This document shows, one piece after another, positions 19,231-30,289 of a DNA stretch of 36,781 bases. The notes beneath the pieces are model-generated. The model worked only from the letters and a program-made list of their open reading frames with translations. It was not told the origin of the DNA and ran no database searches. Source of the DNA: Candidatus Moraniibacteriota bacterium. GTDB taxonomy: Bacteria; Patescibacteriota; Minisyncoccia; Moranbacterales; UBA2206. The DNA lies in the NCBI GenBank assembly GCA_023261605.1, contig JAHFOP010000003.1, positions 1 to 36,781 of the forward strand. The letters run 5' to 3'. The position numbers and the translations under genes are program-made. The first letter of the stretch is position 1. Each line of letters opens with the position of its first letter.

Positions 19231-20751
19231 CTATTGGTTATCCGGACGAACAAAAATACAAGCCAATTCATCGCTATAAACCTCTCTCCAACCTAGATTT
19301 AAAAATACATATTTATTAGGAGGATTGTTGTAGACCAAAGCAAACCCTATGTCATATTTTTTTAGAATATCTTGCCAACCATCGTTAAACATTAAAACCT
19401 TATTGAAATCTTCAAATATTTTTTGATCCCCCATTTTCCAACTGGGCATTCTACCATCGATAAAAACTTTTTTCTCCGGATATTGCCAAATCAGAAAACC
19501 TCCCCAATTATATTCATTGAACATCCGACCATCAATCGGGTTACCTTTCAGATAGCGGGTAGCCGCGAGAGGATACTGTCCGTCCACGGCCAATTTTTCC
19601 AACGAAAAAGAAAGAGGGATTTCGCGTCCCAATCTTTGCTTCCCAACAAAAAATATAGCTAGTATTAGAAAAATTAAAAATGTCTTCTTTTGCACGATTA
19701 CGCTCAATTCCCTGCCAACCAAAGATTCTACGATGGAAATCCAAAGCGGAGTGCTAATAACCAAAAATAGAGGCATATGCCGCCAACTACTGAAACCCAG
19801 ATACAAAAAAACTACGCAGATTAACAAATAAGTATAATCAACGCGCCGAAAACTGAAAATCAAAAGTATCGACAAAAGCAAAAGATAAATTATGAATTGA
19901 TAACTCATGGGATTAGTCATCACCACTGGCATCCATTCATTAATGTTCGTTTTGGCATAACTATCAAAAATGGTATTAAAAATTTCGATATATGTCCTCC
20001 AGCCGTAAGGGTTGAAAAGTGTTGCCAGCGAGGAAATTAAAAAAACAGAAATCAATGGAATGATTTTATTTCCAGAAATGGAATTTTCCCTTAACCATTT
20101 TTCTGCTTTTAAAACCCGGCCATTCTTAAAAAACTTCTTCAAAATGATAGCCAGTGTCAATTTGAAAATTTCCAATCCGATAAAAACTCCCAAAAGGAAA
20201 AGCCCGACTGCAAAACCTCCATGCATATTAACCCAAACAAGAAAAATTAAAGGCAGGACATAAATTATTTTTGATTGATTATTTTTTCGAAATTTGAGAA
20301 TGATAAAAACAACCAAGGCGAGACCTAAAAGATTGAGCATTTGGGGCCGCACTCCCAAAACAGGAATACTGGCAATGACTCCCAAAATAGAGGAGATTAT
20401 TTTATACTCAATTTTTGCTTCCACTCCCCAAGAAACCAAAAGAAAAGCACCGGTGACTATCAGTGCGAAAATGACCGAAAGCATAAATAGATTGGTTTTT
20501 TGATATATCTCCGCCATTAGCACGTCCGTTACCCACTCATGCATAATGAGCGGAAAATTCGGCATCGTATAAGAAAACATATCTTTTTTGGCAACATGCA
20601 AATCATTCTCCAAAAGATATTGCCCGTCGCGAATATGCCAACCCATATCCGGATCAGTCGGGGGACGAAGCGCGATAAAGAAAATCAATAACACTCCCAA
20701 AAAAATAAAGATTGTTCGCGCATTTGTAAGTTTTTTTAAAAAATTTTTCAT
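19231..20751 (-). CDS. Polytopic membrane protein, probable GT-C fold glycosyltransferase
   Basis: About 11-13 TM helices, an acidic motif DPDMGWH after TM1, WVNMHGGF, and a soluble C-terminal domain FNEYNWGGFLIW...VFIDGR. Confidence 0.65.
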   Translation of the reverse strand: MKNFLKKLTNARTIFIFLGVLLIFFIALRPPTDPDMGWHIRDGQYLLENDLHVAKKDMFSYTMPNFPLIMHEWVTDVLMAEIYQKTNLFMLSVIFALIVTGAFLLVSWGVEAKIEYKIISSILGVIASIPVLGVRPQMLNLLGLALVVFIILKFRKNNQSKIIYVLPLIFLVWVNMHGGFAVGLFLLGVFIGLEIFKLTLAIILKKFFKNGRVLKAEKWLRENSISGNKIIPLISVFLISSLATLFNPYGWRTYIEIFNTIFDSYAKTNINEWMPVVMTNPMSYQFIIYLLLLSILLIFSFRRVDYTYLLICVVFLYLGFSSWRHMPLFLVISTPLWISIVESLVGRELSVIVQKKTFLIFLILAIFFVGKQRLGREIPLSFSLEKLAVDGQYPLAATRYLKGNPIDGRMFNEYNWGGFLIWQYPEKKVFIDGRMPSWKMGDQKIFEDFNKVLMFNDGWQDILKKYDIGFALVYNNPPNKYVFLNLGWREVYSDELACIFVRPDNQ

Positions 20752-20760
20752 AAATAAGTC

Positions 20761-21648
20761 CTACTTTTTCTTTTGATAGATAGCCAGAAATTCTCCCGTC
20801 AAAGGGTTGTTAAAGCAAACGTTTTTTATACTTGCGGAAAGATAAGGAAAAATAAATTTCAAAACAGTGCCAATCCCAAAAAACGAATACTTTTGAAAAT
20901 AAGCCGCGTAATAATTCAGGGAAAACTTTTTGCTATTATTTTTAAACACTGTTTCACTGAAATTCAATGGTCGCAACAGCCGACCAAGTGATTTTCGATT
21001 ATAATAAAAAATGTGTTCATATTTGTATTGAAACCAGTTTTTCCCCAAAATCTTGCGTGTCCAAGAATCACTATTGGGAGAAATGATGAAAAGGTGCCCA
21101 CCCGGCTTCAGAATGCGGGCAACTTCCTTCAACTCTTTTTTCGGATAAGGCAGATGTTCCAGCACATCCGTTAAGAAAATAATATCAAAAAAATCATCAG
21201 AAAAAGTTGCCTCGCAAATCCCCCCAGTCCTAATTCGACTGGGAAATTTTTGTTCTAGAATCTCGGCGGAAAAATTAGAAATTTCCGTTCCATAGCATTC
21301 GCATCCTTTTTCATTAAGACATTCCAAAAGATAACCGCCCCCGGCGCCGATATCCAAAACGAGACTTCCTTTCGGTTGGCATATCTTGGGAAAAATATTC
21401 CCCAATTGAGCCAAAAAAGCTTTCTTTTTAGCTTCGGAAATATATTCGAGATTTATCTTCTTTTTTGCCGTGTTCCAGGCCGCATAATCGTTACCATAAA
21501 TAAACGTCCGATCAGTTTCAAAATCTTCGGAAAAAATAACCCCACAAGCGAAACACTTTTCCAATTTCATCTTTCGACTCTCCTTCTCTTCACGCGTAGT
21601 TATATCAAATTGCCTAAGTTCGTTAGAATCGCAAATTGGACATTTCAT
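20761..21648 (-). CDS. Class I SAM-dependent methyltransferase with N-terminal Cys motifs
   Basis: CPIC...CFAC, VLDIGAGGG, FDIIFLTDVLEHL, ILKPGG. Confidence 0.9.
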   Translation of the reverse strand: MKCPICDSNELRQFDITTREEKESRKMKLEKCFACGVIFSEDFETDRTFIYGNDYAAWNTAKKKINLEYISEAKKKAFLAQLGNIFPKICQPKGSLVLDIGAGGGYLLECLNEKGCECYGTEISNFSAEILEQKFPSRIRTGGICEATFSDDFFDIIFLTDVLEHLPYPKKELKEVARILKPGGHLFIISPNSDSWTRKILGKNWFQYKYEHIFYYNRKSLGRLLRPLNFSETVFKNNSKKFSLNYYAAYFQKYSFFGIGTVLKFIFPYLSASIKNVCFNNPLTGEFLAIYQKKK

Positions 21649-23126
21649 ATTTTTTTTATGCGTTTAAAAACCAAGTATTCTCCATCATCAAAAATTTTTT
21701 TGAAGGCCGGATCATTTTCCAATGTCTCTATATCATTCTTCCATGTTCCAAAATCCATCTGTAAAGCGTAGTCAAAATCGAAAATCCTGCTACTAGACCC
21801 GGTATATGGATCAAAGCGATCCAAAATAATCCAGTCGGCTGTATCTTTTTTCAAGGGAAAACGATAAATTTCCCGCCGCTCGGAAAAATGCGGACCCAAA
21901 TTATGTTGCACCGAAATAGAGGCATCCGCGGGAACGATTTTCTCAATTTCCACGATTTTTTCGGCATGTCCACTAGGAACAAAATCTTCCCAGTAAGAAT
22001 TTCTCCCTAATGGGGAAACACTACTCAAATAGAAAACGCCGAAAGAAAAAATCAAAATAAATATAGCGAACATTCTTTCCAAAAAAACATCACCGGAAAA
22101 AAATCTTTTAAAAGTGATGATAGCGGAGAAAAAAACGAACGGAATAAAAATAGCGCTGTAATAAAAATAAACACTATAAGTCATTGAATAACTACTTAAA
22201 AGATTGATAAGCAAGAGTGGCAAGATAAGAACAATGGGCCAAGAATAAATCGCCAAAGAAAGAACCGGAGTGATTAGAAAGACCATATACCGCACACGAT
22301 CACCAACAAAAAGAACTCCTGCGATTTTATCCGGATAGATGAAAATATTTTTAGCTATCTCAAAAAAATTTCCACCCAGCCAACTGTAACGCGACGGGTA
22401 CAGCATGCTTCCACTCACAAGTGCTGCCACTCCGGTTGAAGAAAAAAATGGCATAGCAATCAGAATTACGCCCACAAAATAAGCGCCGGAACATGCGCTA
22501 ACCCAAAAACCCAACCAGCGCTTCTTTTTAATAAACATTAAATATATTCCCAGCATAAAAACCAAAAGTGCCAAATGCTCTTGAGAAATTACCAAAAGGA
22601 AAGAAAAGGAAAGAAAAGTTTTCCATTTTTCTTTTTCTAAAAAATAGAAAGCACCGGAGGCAAAAAAGACCGCCAACACCACCTCGTGAAAATCATATAG
22701 GATTCCGTTTTGCAAAAATGGATTAAGCAAAAACGCCAGTAAAAAAATTATTGCTAAGAAATTTTTCTTAAGTTTTTCTTTGGCAAAAAAATAAATGAAA
22801 AGTCCACTTGCTCCCGCCGCCGCCGCTTGGAAAAAAAGCAACCATTTCGGCGTAGCAAAAACAGCATAAAAAGGAACGAAAAAAAGCAAGATAGGGCTAA
22901 AATGAGCCCCTAAATAGTTTCTTTGATCAAGCATATTGGAGGAATTGTCAAAAAAATTTCCGTGAACCGTGTTCCAAATTACTTGATCATATGTCCCCAA
23001 ATCATTCAAATATGATTTCAACGCGTCGTGGCGCCCGAAAGAAAGCCCGGAAAAAATAATTACAAAAAAAACCACCAGCGCGACAGCGCAAAAATCAAGA
23101 TTAATTTTTTTGATTATTTTCAACAT
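21645..23126 (-). CDS. DUF2079-like membrane protein (predicted GT-C glycosyltransferase)
   Basis: DLGTYDQVIWN...HFSPIL, YDFHE, YFYYSA motifs; multiple TM helices. Confidence 0.8.
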   Translation of the reverse strand: MLKIIKKINLDFCAVALVVFFVIIFSGLSFGRHDALKSYLNDLGTYDQVIWNTVHGNFFDNSSNMLDQRNYLGAHFSPILLFFVPFYAVFATPKWLLFFQAAAAGASGLFIYFFAKEKLKKNFLAIIFLLAFLLNPFLQNGILYDFHEVVLAVFFASGAFYFLEKEKWKTFLSFSFLLVISQEHLALLVFMLGIYLMFIKKKRWLGFWVSACSGAYFVGVILIAMPFFSSTGVAALVSGSMLYPSRYSWLGGNFFEIAKNIFIYPDKIAGVLFVGDRVRYMVFLITPVLSLAIYSWPIVLILPLLLINLLSSYSMTYSVYFYYSAIFIPFVFFSAIITFKRFFSGDVFLERMFAIFILIFSFGVFYLSSVSPLGRNSYWEDFVPSGHAEKIVEIEKIVPADASISVQHNLGPHFSERREIYRFPLKKDTADWIILDRFDPYTGSSSRIFDFDYALQMDFGTWKNDIETLENDPAFKKIFDDGEYLVFKRIKKI

Positions 23127-23129
23127 AAA

Positions 23130-23849
23130 TTATTTTTTTCTGCTCTTTTTATCCGCAAACCGCAGCTTCAAAACCTTCCAAAAACTTTCCCCCACTATCG
23201 CCAAACTGAATTTGGATTTCCCCAAGGTTCGTTCGGTGAACACGATAGGAATCTCCTCGACTCTAAACCCGCGCTTTACCGCGTGATAAGTCGTTTCTAT
23301 CTGAAAAACATAACCAACGGCATCAATTTCCTTTCCTAATAAATATTCTACCACTTCGCGCCGATAGCATTTATATCCGGTTGTCAAATCATTAATAGCC
23401 ATTTTCAGAATAAATCGTGCGTATAGATTTCCGAAACTACTAACAAAGCGACGGCTGGCATTCCAATTGCTAATTTTTCCATTCGCTATATAACGCGACC
23501 CAATCACTAGATCGCACTGATTGACACGTGAAAGGAAAAGACTGATATCTTTCGGGTCATGGGAGAAATCCGCGTCTATTTCGAAAAAATAATCCGCGCC
23601 CTTTTCCAGTGCGTAGCGAAATCCTTCCAGATAGGCTGTCCCCAATCCCAACTTTCCTTTCCGGCGAATAAGATGGAGACTGGAATTGACCGTTTGGCAT
23701 TTTTCAACAATATCCGCAGTTCCATCGGGCGAATTATCATCCACCACCACAATCTCCAAATCAATTATTTTCAAATCAAAAATATGCTGAATTATTTTTT
23801 CAACATTTTCCTTTTCATTATACGTTGGCAAAATTACGGCTGTTTTCAC
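23130..23849 (-). CDS. Polyprenol-monophosphomannose synthase-like GT2 (DPM1/Ppm1 family)
   Basis: ILPTYNE, VVDDNSPDGT, GLGTAY, IDADFSHDP, GSRY, EIPIVFTER. GTG start. Confidence 0.92.
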   Translation of the reverse strand: MKTAVILPTYNEKENVEKIIQHIFDLKIIDLEIVVVDDNSPDGTADIVEKCQTVNSSLHLIRRKGKLGLGTAYLEGFRYALEKGADYFFEIDADFSHDPKDISLFLSRVNQCDLVIGSRYIANGKISNWNASRRFVSSFGNLYARFILKMAINDLTTGYKCYRREVVEYLLGKEIDAVGYVFQIETTYHAVKRGFRVEEIPIVFTERTLGKSKFSLAIVGESFWKVLKLRFADKKSRKK

Positions 23850-23871
23850 AAATAAAAAATACTACCCCTAA

Positions 23872-23901
23872 TCATTATACCTCATTATACCTCATTATAC
23901 C
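23872..23901 (-). repeat. Three tandem copies of the 10-mer GGTATAATGA, each containing a -10 box
   Basis: Plus strand TCATTATACC x3 at 23872, 23882 and 23892, directly upstream of the GT2 gene. Confidence 0.9.
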
Positions 23902-23904
23902 GAT

Positions 23905-23936
23905 AAAAAACAAATGAAGCGCCTGAAAGCGCTTCA
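23905..23936 (-). terminator. Rho-independent terminator after the WxL gene
   Basis: TGAAGCGC-N6-GCGCTTCA followed by TTTGTTTTTT on the minus strand. Confidence 0.8.
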
Positions 23937-23960
23937 AAAAAAAGTCTTTTAGAAAAATCA

Positions 23961-24533
23961 CTACTGTATCGTCATCGTCATTGTATTTTGATAAGTCCCG
24001 GCCACAAAGTTCGGATTTCCATTAAACACGACATTTACAGTAGTATTGGTTATTTTGTAATTGCCCATACCATTATTCGTTGAGGTATTGAAGAGAGTTC
24101 TCAAGGTGCTAAAATATCCAGCCGTTCCAACTGCTGTCCCAGTGTTAGATCCATTATCCGCGAAAGCTGCTCCCGGCGCCCAAGCGATGGCGGCGTTACT
24201 GATATTGTTCACGCCCGCTCCGCCAGTAGTCAAGTTATTCATTGAGGCGGTTACCGTCCAAGCCACTCCGGTTCCACGAAAGTCTCGGGCATTGACCACA
24301 TCCATGTTCGCCAAAGAGTTCGCCGCTACACCCAAAGTTTGGTTATTGAAAGCCAACGTAGCTGGAGCTTCCATTGACAGCGCGCCGGCAATCAGATTCT
24401 GAATCAAAGTGGTGTTAGTTCCAATCGCACTCGTGAAATCGACACTGACTGAACCGAACACCATAACGAACATAAACAAAACCACAAGTGTCGCCACTAT
24501 TTTTTGCTTTATTTTTTGTTTTTGTATTTGCAT
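23961..24533 (-). CDS. Small secreted WxL-domain-like protein
   Basis: Hydrophobic N-terminus, GALSMEAPATLAF, DFRGTGVAWTV (WxL-type DxRGT..GWxL), and C-terminal strand AGTYQNTMTMTIQ. Confidence 0.75.
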   Translation of the reverse strand: MQIQKQKIKQKIVATLVVLFMFVMVFGSVSVDFTSAIGTNTTLIQNLIAGALSMEAPATLAFNNQTLGVAANSLANMDVVNARDFRGTGVAWTVTASMNNLTTGGAGVNNISNAAIAWAPGAAFADNGSNTGTAVGTAGYFSTLRTLFNTSTNNGMGNYKITNTTVNVVFNGNPNFVAGTYQNTMTMTIQ

Positions 24534-24614
24534 ATTTAATCGAAATCACATTCCTCTTTTAAGGAATATTTTACTATTTACGCCCTCTAAAAAAATCCCG
24601 CGCCCGTTAATACT

Positions 24615-24660
24615 ATTATAAGCCAAATTCACATTCACACAATAGCCAAAGTTATCCACA
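24615..24660 (-). promoter_or_regulatory. Promoter (-10 TATAAT at 24615-24620) with a perfect DnaA box at 24652-24660
   Basis: Plus strand TTATCCACA, 31 nt upstream of a minus-strand TATAAT, in the intergenic gap. Confidence 0.55.
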
Positions 24661-24666
24661 GCCCTT

Positions 24667-25341
24667 TTATTGAATAGTGATTGTTACTGTTCCGGTAATA
24701 TTCTCATTAAAAAGAGAATTGAGATTGGTAAGCTTGACTGTGGGGCGGTTATTGTATATTCCCGCAGCTGTAACGTCACCACTGATAATACTTCTTGGCG
24801 TATTCAATGAATAATCCGAAGAAGCTGATTCAGAAATCCCAGTAGTGGGAGAAGTTATGGTATCTCCGCTAGCAACCGCGCCATCAGTTACTAAGAATAC
24901 ATTATTGTTAGCCAGATTGTTTTTAGTACTGGTCATATCGGTTGATTGCATTGTAAGAGTCCAGGGAACACTAGAGTTGTCGACGACCACGCATTCCTGA
25001 GAAGTGGAAAAAATATATTTACTATAATTATTAGCATTCCCCAAAGTATAATCTACCATATACACATTTGCCGCTTCGCAATTCAAGCCCAGTTGCGCTC
25101 CGCCGGAAACCATATGCCAAAAGGCGGTGTTGCTTTTATAGTTCGCACTTGTTTCAACGCCCACAGCCGACTCTCCCAATGAATCTCCCAAATTATAGCT
25201 ACTCGAACCGCTCAAATTTCCGCCCGAGTTAATCGTGTCGGCATTGATTTTATATGTCTCGCTACTCATCGCCCAAGAACAGGCCGGCAAAAACAGAAAC
25301 AGAAAAATCAGCACTTTTATTTTTCCAAAAAATTTCTTCAT
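24667..25341 (-). CDS. Secreted protein with an N-terminal Ser/Gly-rich domain and a C-terminal WxL-like domain
   Basis: Signal peptide SWA|MSSETYKINADTINSGG; VVDNSSVPWTLT; C-terminal ITGTVTITIQ resembling the neighbour's end. Probable start ATG 25341. Confidence 0.65.
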   Translation of the reverse strand: MKKFFGKIKVLIFLFLFLPACSWAMSSETYKINADTINSGGNLSGSSSYNLGDSLGESAVGVETSANYKSNTAFWHMVSGGAQLGLNCEAANVYMVDYTLGNANNYSKYIFSTSQECVVVDNSSVPWTLTMQSTDMTSTKNNLANNNVFLVTDGAVASGDTITSPTTGISESASSDYSLNTPRSIISGDVTAAGIYNNRPTVKLTNLNSLFNENITGTVTITIQ

Positions 25342-25354
25342 AAAATTGCAAAAA

Positions 25355-25693
25355 TTAAACATCCCCTTGATTCTCGAAAGATTGCTTTTCTCCATCCATT
25401 TTTCGAATTAAGTCCCTAGCGGTAAAAATTCCGGCTAAAAATAAAACAGAGAAAAACAGCTTTAAAAATAAACCGACTATCACAAAAACGGGTTTCTCTG
25501 CCAGACTGAAAAAATTTAAAAATTCCTCAAGGGTAAAAACAATAATCGCACCCAAGAAAAATTTATAAGAAATATCCAATTCTTTCTCTGTGCGCCACAC
25601 CACACCAAAAGAGAATACTATCGACAAGATGGACACCGCAATAACTAAGCTGTTTATAATTAAACTAAAATTAATTGTTTCAAAAATCATCAT
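25355..25693 (-). CDS. Small multi-pass membrane protein
   Basis: 112 aa with about 3 hydrophobic helices, co-directional with short gaps to its neighbours. Confidence 0.7.
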   Translation of the reverse strand: MMIFETINFSLIINSLVIAVSILSIVFSFGVVWRTEKELDISYKFFLGAIIVFTLEEFLNFFSLAEKPVFVIVGLFLKLFFSVLFLAGIFTARDLIRKMDGEKQSFENQGDV

Positions 25694-25704
25694 AGTTTTA
25701 AATT

Positions 25705-27135
25705 TTAACTGATAAATTTTTTATCCCGGAACATTTCTTCTGTTACTTGAATTATAGCATAACGGCTAGTTCGGTATTCATTCCCCAAAAGAATGAGAAA
25801 AATAATAAGTAAAAGCAAGAGCCAAAGAATCACCCAAAGTAAATTATCCATAACTTGTCCGACAGTGATGACAACGCCTCCGCCCAAATTGAACAGAGGA
25901 ATTTCTTCCAAAAGAAAGCTGTTATCAGCGGACAAAAACGCCCCCTTATAGGTAGTTTCCACCAATATTTTATATTTTCCGGCTTTGAAAGCACTAGGGA
26001 TCGAGAGAGTTTTTTTAATCGGAATTCCTTCAAAAAAACTAACGTCATCATAAGTTTCAAGAGCTATCTTCCCGTCTTCATCAATGAGAAGATAGGTTAA
26101 TTTCGCTTTAATAAATTTTTCATCAAAATTTTTCATCTTAGTTTCCAAGGACAGTGTTTTCCCAGTATAGGCGATATTGCCCCAATTTTTCACTTCAACC
26201 GAAAGATTGGGCCAGGATATCCCCGGCACCGGCAAAGAAGCCCCTGGTACAGTTGCGCCACTAGGCAAATTTTCTTTTTTCTTTTTTTCCTCTTTTTTGT
26301 TTTCACCTCCCGCCTCATCCCTGCTTATTCCAAATTTCAAGCTGGCGGTTTTGTTTCTCAATCCGTTCTCTGGATCAACGGCCGTGACCCAAAAAGTGTG
26401 GTCTCCATAGTTGAATCTTATTTCTGGTCGCCATTCCCAATATCCGTTTTCGTTAGCCTGCGTTTCAACAATCATATCCGTTTTCCCCAAAACGATAATT
26501 TCGATTTTGGCATGCGGCATATTGGTCGTCCCATAAAAAGTCGGCTGTCTTTCTTTGGTGCTAAGTTCTCCGGAAAAATCGAATAAATTTGTTTTGTGAA
26601 ATCGAGTGATAACACAAGTTGGATCAATTGGCTTGGGTGGCAATTCACAACCTAAAACAGTGCCGCTAGCTTCATCGGAAGCGGTTTGCCCCAATGAATT
26701 GAAGGCGGTGACTTTATATGAATGCGTTTCCGAAGTCAAAACCGCTTCGTCATGATATATGTTTTCCACTATTCCAGAAACTAAAGGGCTTCCGTCTCTT
26801 TCAATGTCAAAATAATCCATTTGGTCATCACTGGTCCAAGAAAGCGCCAAGTAGGGAGAATTGTTTTGGCAAAGAGGAAAAACTGAAAGAATCGGCTTAT
26901 TAGGTGGGCCCAAAATTTGCATAATTAGTGTGGTGGCGCCGGCCACCCGGCCATATTTTTTTTGCAAATCGTTTTTCAAAAATCCATTGCCCAAAGATAT
27001 TCCGACTGTAACATACAAAACAACTAACACGCCGGTTGCAATACCCAAATATTTCACTATTCGTCTAAATAGAAAAAATCGTCCTACTTTTTGCGGACTA
27101 AAAAAATGCTTGGCCATTTTTACAGTTTTTTTCAT
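25705..27135 (-). CDS. Membrane-anchored FN3/Ig-like domain surface protein
   Basis: N-terminal TM; FN3-like (LSWT...FDIERDG...YHDEAV...HSYKVTA); Ig-like (QPTFYGTT...ANENGYWEW...GDHTFWVTAVD); C-terminal TM. Probable start ATG 27135. Confidence 0.75.
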   Translation of the reverse strand: MKKTVKMAKHFFSPQKVGRFFLFRRIVKYLGIATGVLVVLYVTVGISLGNGFLKNDLQKKYGRVAGATTLIMQILGPPNKPILSVFPLCQNNSPYLALSWTSDDQMDYFDIERDGSPLVSGIVENIYHDEAVLTSETHSYKVTAFNSLGQTASDEASGTVLGCELPPKPIDPTCVITRFHKTNLFDFSGELSTKERQPTFYGTTNMPHAKIEIIVLGKTDMIVETQANENGYWEWRPEIRFNYGDHTFWVTAVDPENGLRNKTASLKFGISRDEAGGENKKEEKKKKENLPSGATVPGASLPVPGISWPNLSVEVKNWGNIAYTGKTLSLETKMKNFDEKFIKAKLTYLLIDEDGKIALETYDDVSFFEGIPIKKTLSIPSAFKAGKYKILVETTYKGAFLSADNSFLLEEIPLFNLGGGVVITVGQVMDNLLWVILWLLLLLIIFLILLGNEYRTSRYAIIQVTEEMFRDKKFIS

Positions 27136-27156
27136 AGCCCTAGGTCTTAAGTAGCC

Positions 27157-27169
27157 ATATTTTACCACA
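27157..27169 (-). promoter_or_regulatory. Extended -10 promoter element TGTGGTAAAATAT
   Basis: TG-n-TAAAAT about 25 nt upstream of ATG 27135. Confidence 0.5.
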
Positions 27170-27213
27170 TTTCTTCTTTTAGATAAAATTTCGCGCGAAG
27201 AATGGGCTTATAA

Positions 27214-27272
27214 GAAGTATCTTTCAAAAAGATACTTCACAAAAAAAACTCCGAGAATTTCTCGAAGTTTTT
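27214..27272 (-). terminator. Tandem hairpins after gyrB (terminator plus a second stem-loop)
   Basis: Minus strand AAAAACTTCGAGA-aat-TCTCGGAGTTTTTTTT (27241-27272) and GAAGTATCTTT-N3-AAAGATACTTC (27214-27238). Confidence 0.75.
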
Positions 27273-27291
27273 CATTAACAATGCGAATTTT

Positions 27292-29370
<2,079 letters not shown>

Positions 29371-29401
29371 TTAGACTTTAGTCTTTTTAATGTTTTAAAA
29401 A

Positions 29402-29773
29402 TCATTCCCTACTTAAAAAATATAACTCAACCAAAAACACTCCCCCTACCACCAGCATGGCATCCCACCAGACCAACACGCGAAAGCTTTGTAAAATCAA
29501 AACTCCCACAACTATACCTGAAAGCAACACACCTTGTCGAAAACTCAGTCCCACACTGTCCGCGGCCGCTTCTTCACCTAGCAGTTTCTTGCGCAGAAAC
29601 AGGAGTAGTAAATTAAACATTCCACTGGCCGAGAAAAAAGTTGCCAAATAGAAAAGAGTAAGTCCAACCCAAGCTGAATTTTGGGGATCAATATAAACGA
29701 CAATAGCACTAAGAGCAACCAGTGAAAGCAAAGTGACGGCGCGTATTCCCCAAATATAAGCTCGGAGTGTCAT
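29402..29773 (-). CDS. Four-TM hypothetical membrane protein
   Basis: Four hydrophobic segments with a SFRQG motif; lies directly upstream of gyrB. Confidence 0.8.
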   Translation of the reverse strand: MTLRAYIWGIRAVTLLSLVALSAIVVYIDPQNSAWVGLTLFYLATFFSASGMFNLLLLFLRKKLLGEEAAADSVGLSFRQGVLLSGIVVGVLILQSFRVLVWWDAMLVVGGVFLVELYFLSRE

Positions 29774-29829
29774 ATTCGACTTTAAATAGGCTTAAAATAT
29801 AGCCCGTTTAACGAGGCTCTACTTGAATA

Positions 29830-29858
29830 ATTATAGCTCTTTCGCCCTAAATTTGCAA
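29830..29858 (-). promoter_or_regulatory. Sigma70 promoter for the membrane protein-gyrB unit
   Basis: Minus strand TTGCAA-17 nt-TATAAT. Confidence 0.65.
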
Positions 29859-29941
29859 GAGTTAATGAGATGTTAACCTCTAAATAAAAAACCGCCAAAG
29901 AAATAGTCTCCCTTTTAAAAATATACTCCGAGGCTTGTCGT

Positions 29942-29970
29942 TTGACAATAAGCAATATTTTACATAGAAT
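29942..29970 (+). promoter_or_regulatory. Sigma70 promoter of the tRNA cluster
   Basis: TTGACA-17 nt-TAGAAT. Confidence 0.8.
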
Positions 29971-30006
29971 AGAGAACAGTTGCTTATTATCAAGCGACAA
30001 TACTAT

Positions 30007-30080
30007 AGCGGGGTAGAGCAGTCTGGTAGCTCGGGTGGCTCATAACCACCAGGTCGTCGGTTCGAATCCGACCCCCGCAA
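30007..30080 (+). tRNA. tRNA-Met(CAT), initiator type (fMet)
   Basis: Cloverleaf: AGCGGGG/CCCCGCA with a 1:72 mismatch, D stem GAGC/GCTC (A11:U24), anticodon arm GGTGG-CTCATAA-CCACC, T arm GTCGG-TTCGAAT-CCGAC. No encoded CCA. Confidence 0.92.
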
Positions 30081-30090
30081 CAAAATGAAT

Positions 30091-30164
30091 GCCAGGGTAG
30101 CTCAGTTGGTTAGAGCACAGCACTCATAACGCTGAGGTCGAGGGTTCGAATCTCTCCCCTGGTA
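30091..30164 (+). tRNA. tRNA with CAT anticodon, probably elongator Met (Ile2 not excluded)
   Basis: GCCAGGG/CCCTGGT, GCTC/GAGC, CAGCA-CTCATAA-CGCTG, GAGGG-TTCGAAT-CTCTC, A73. Confidence 0.88.
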
Positions 30165-30188
30165 CGGCATAATTTTGAATGATGAGTT

Positions 30189-30262
30189 GGGGGCGTAGCT
30201 CAGTTGGTTAGAGCGACTGCCTGTCACGCAGTAGGTCACCGGTTCGAGTCCGGCCGTCCCCG
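30189..30262 (+). tRNA. tRNA-Asp(GTC)
   Basis: GGGGGCG/CGTCCCC, ACTGC-CTGTCAC-GCAGT, T loop TTCGAGT, discriminator G73. Confidence 0.95.
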
Positions 30263-30289
30263 CACTAGAAAATAAATCCTGTCCAAAAT

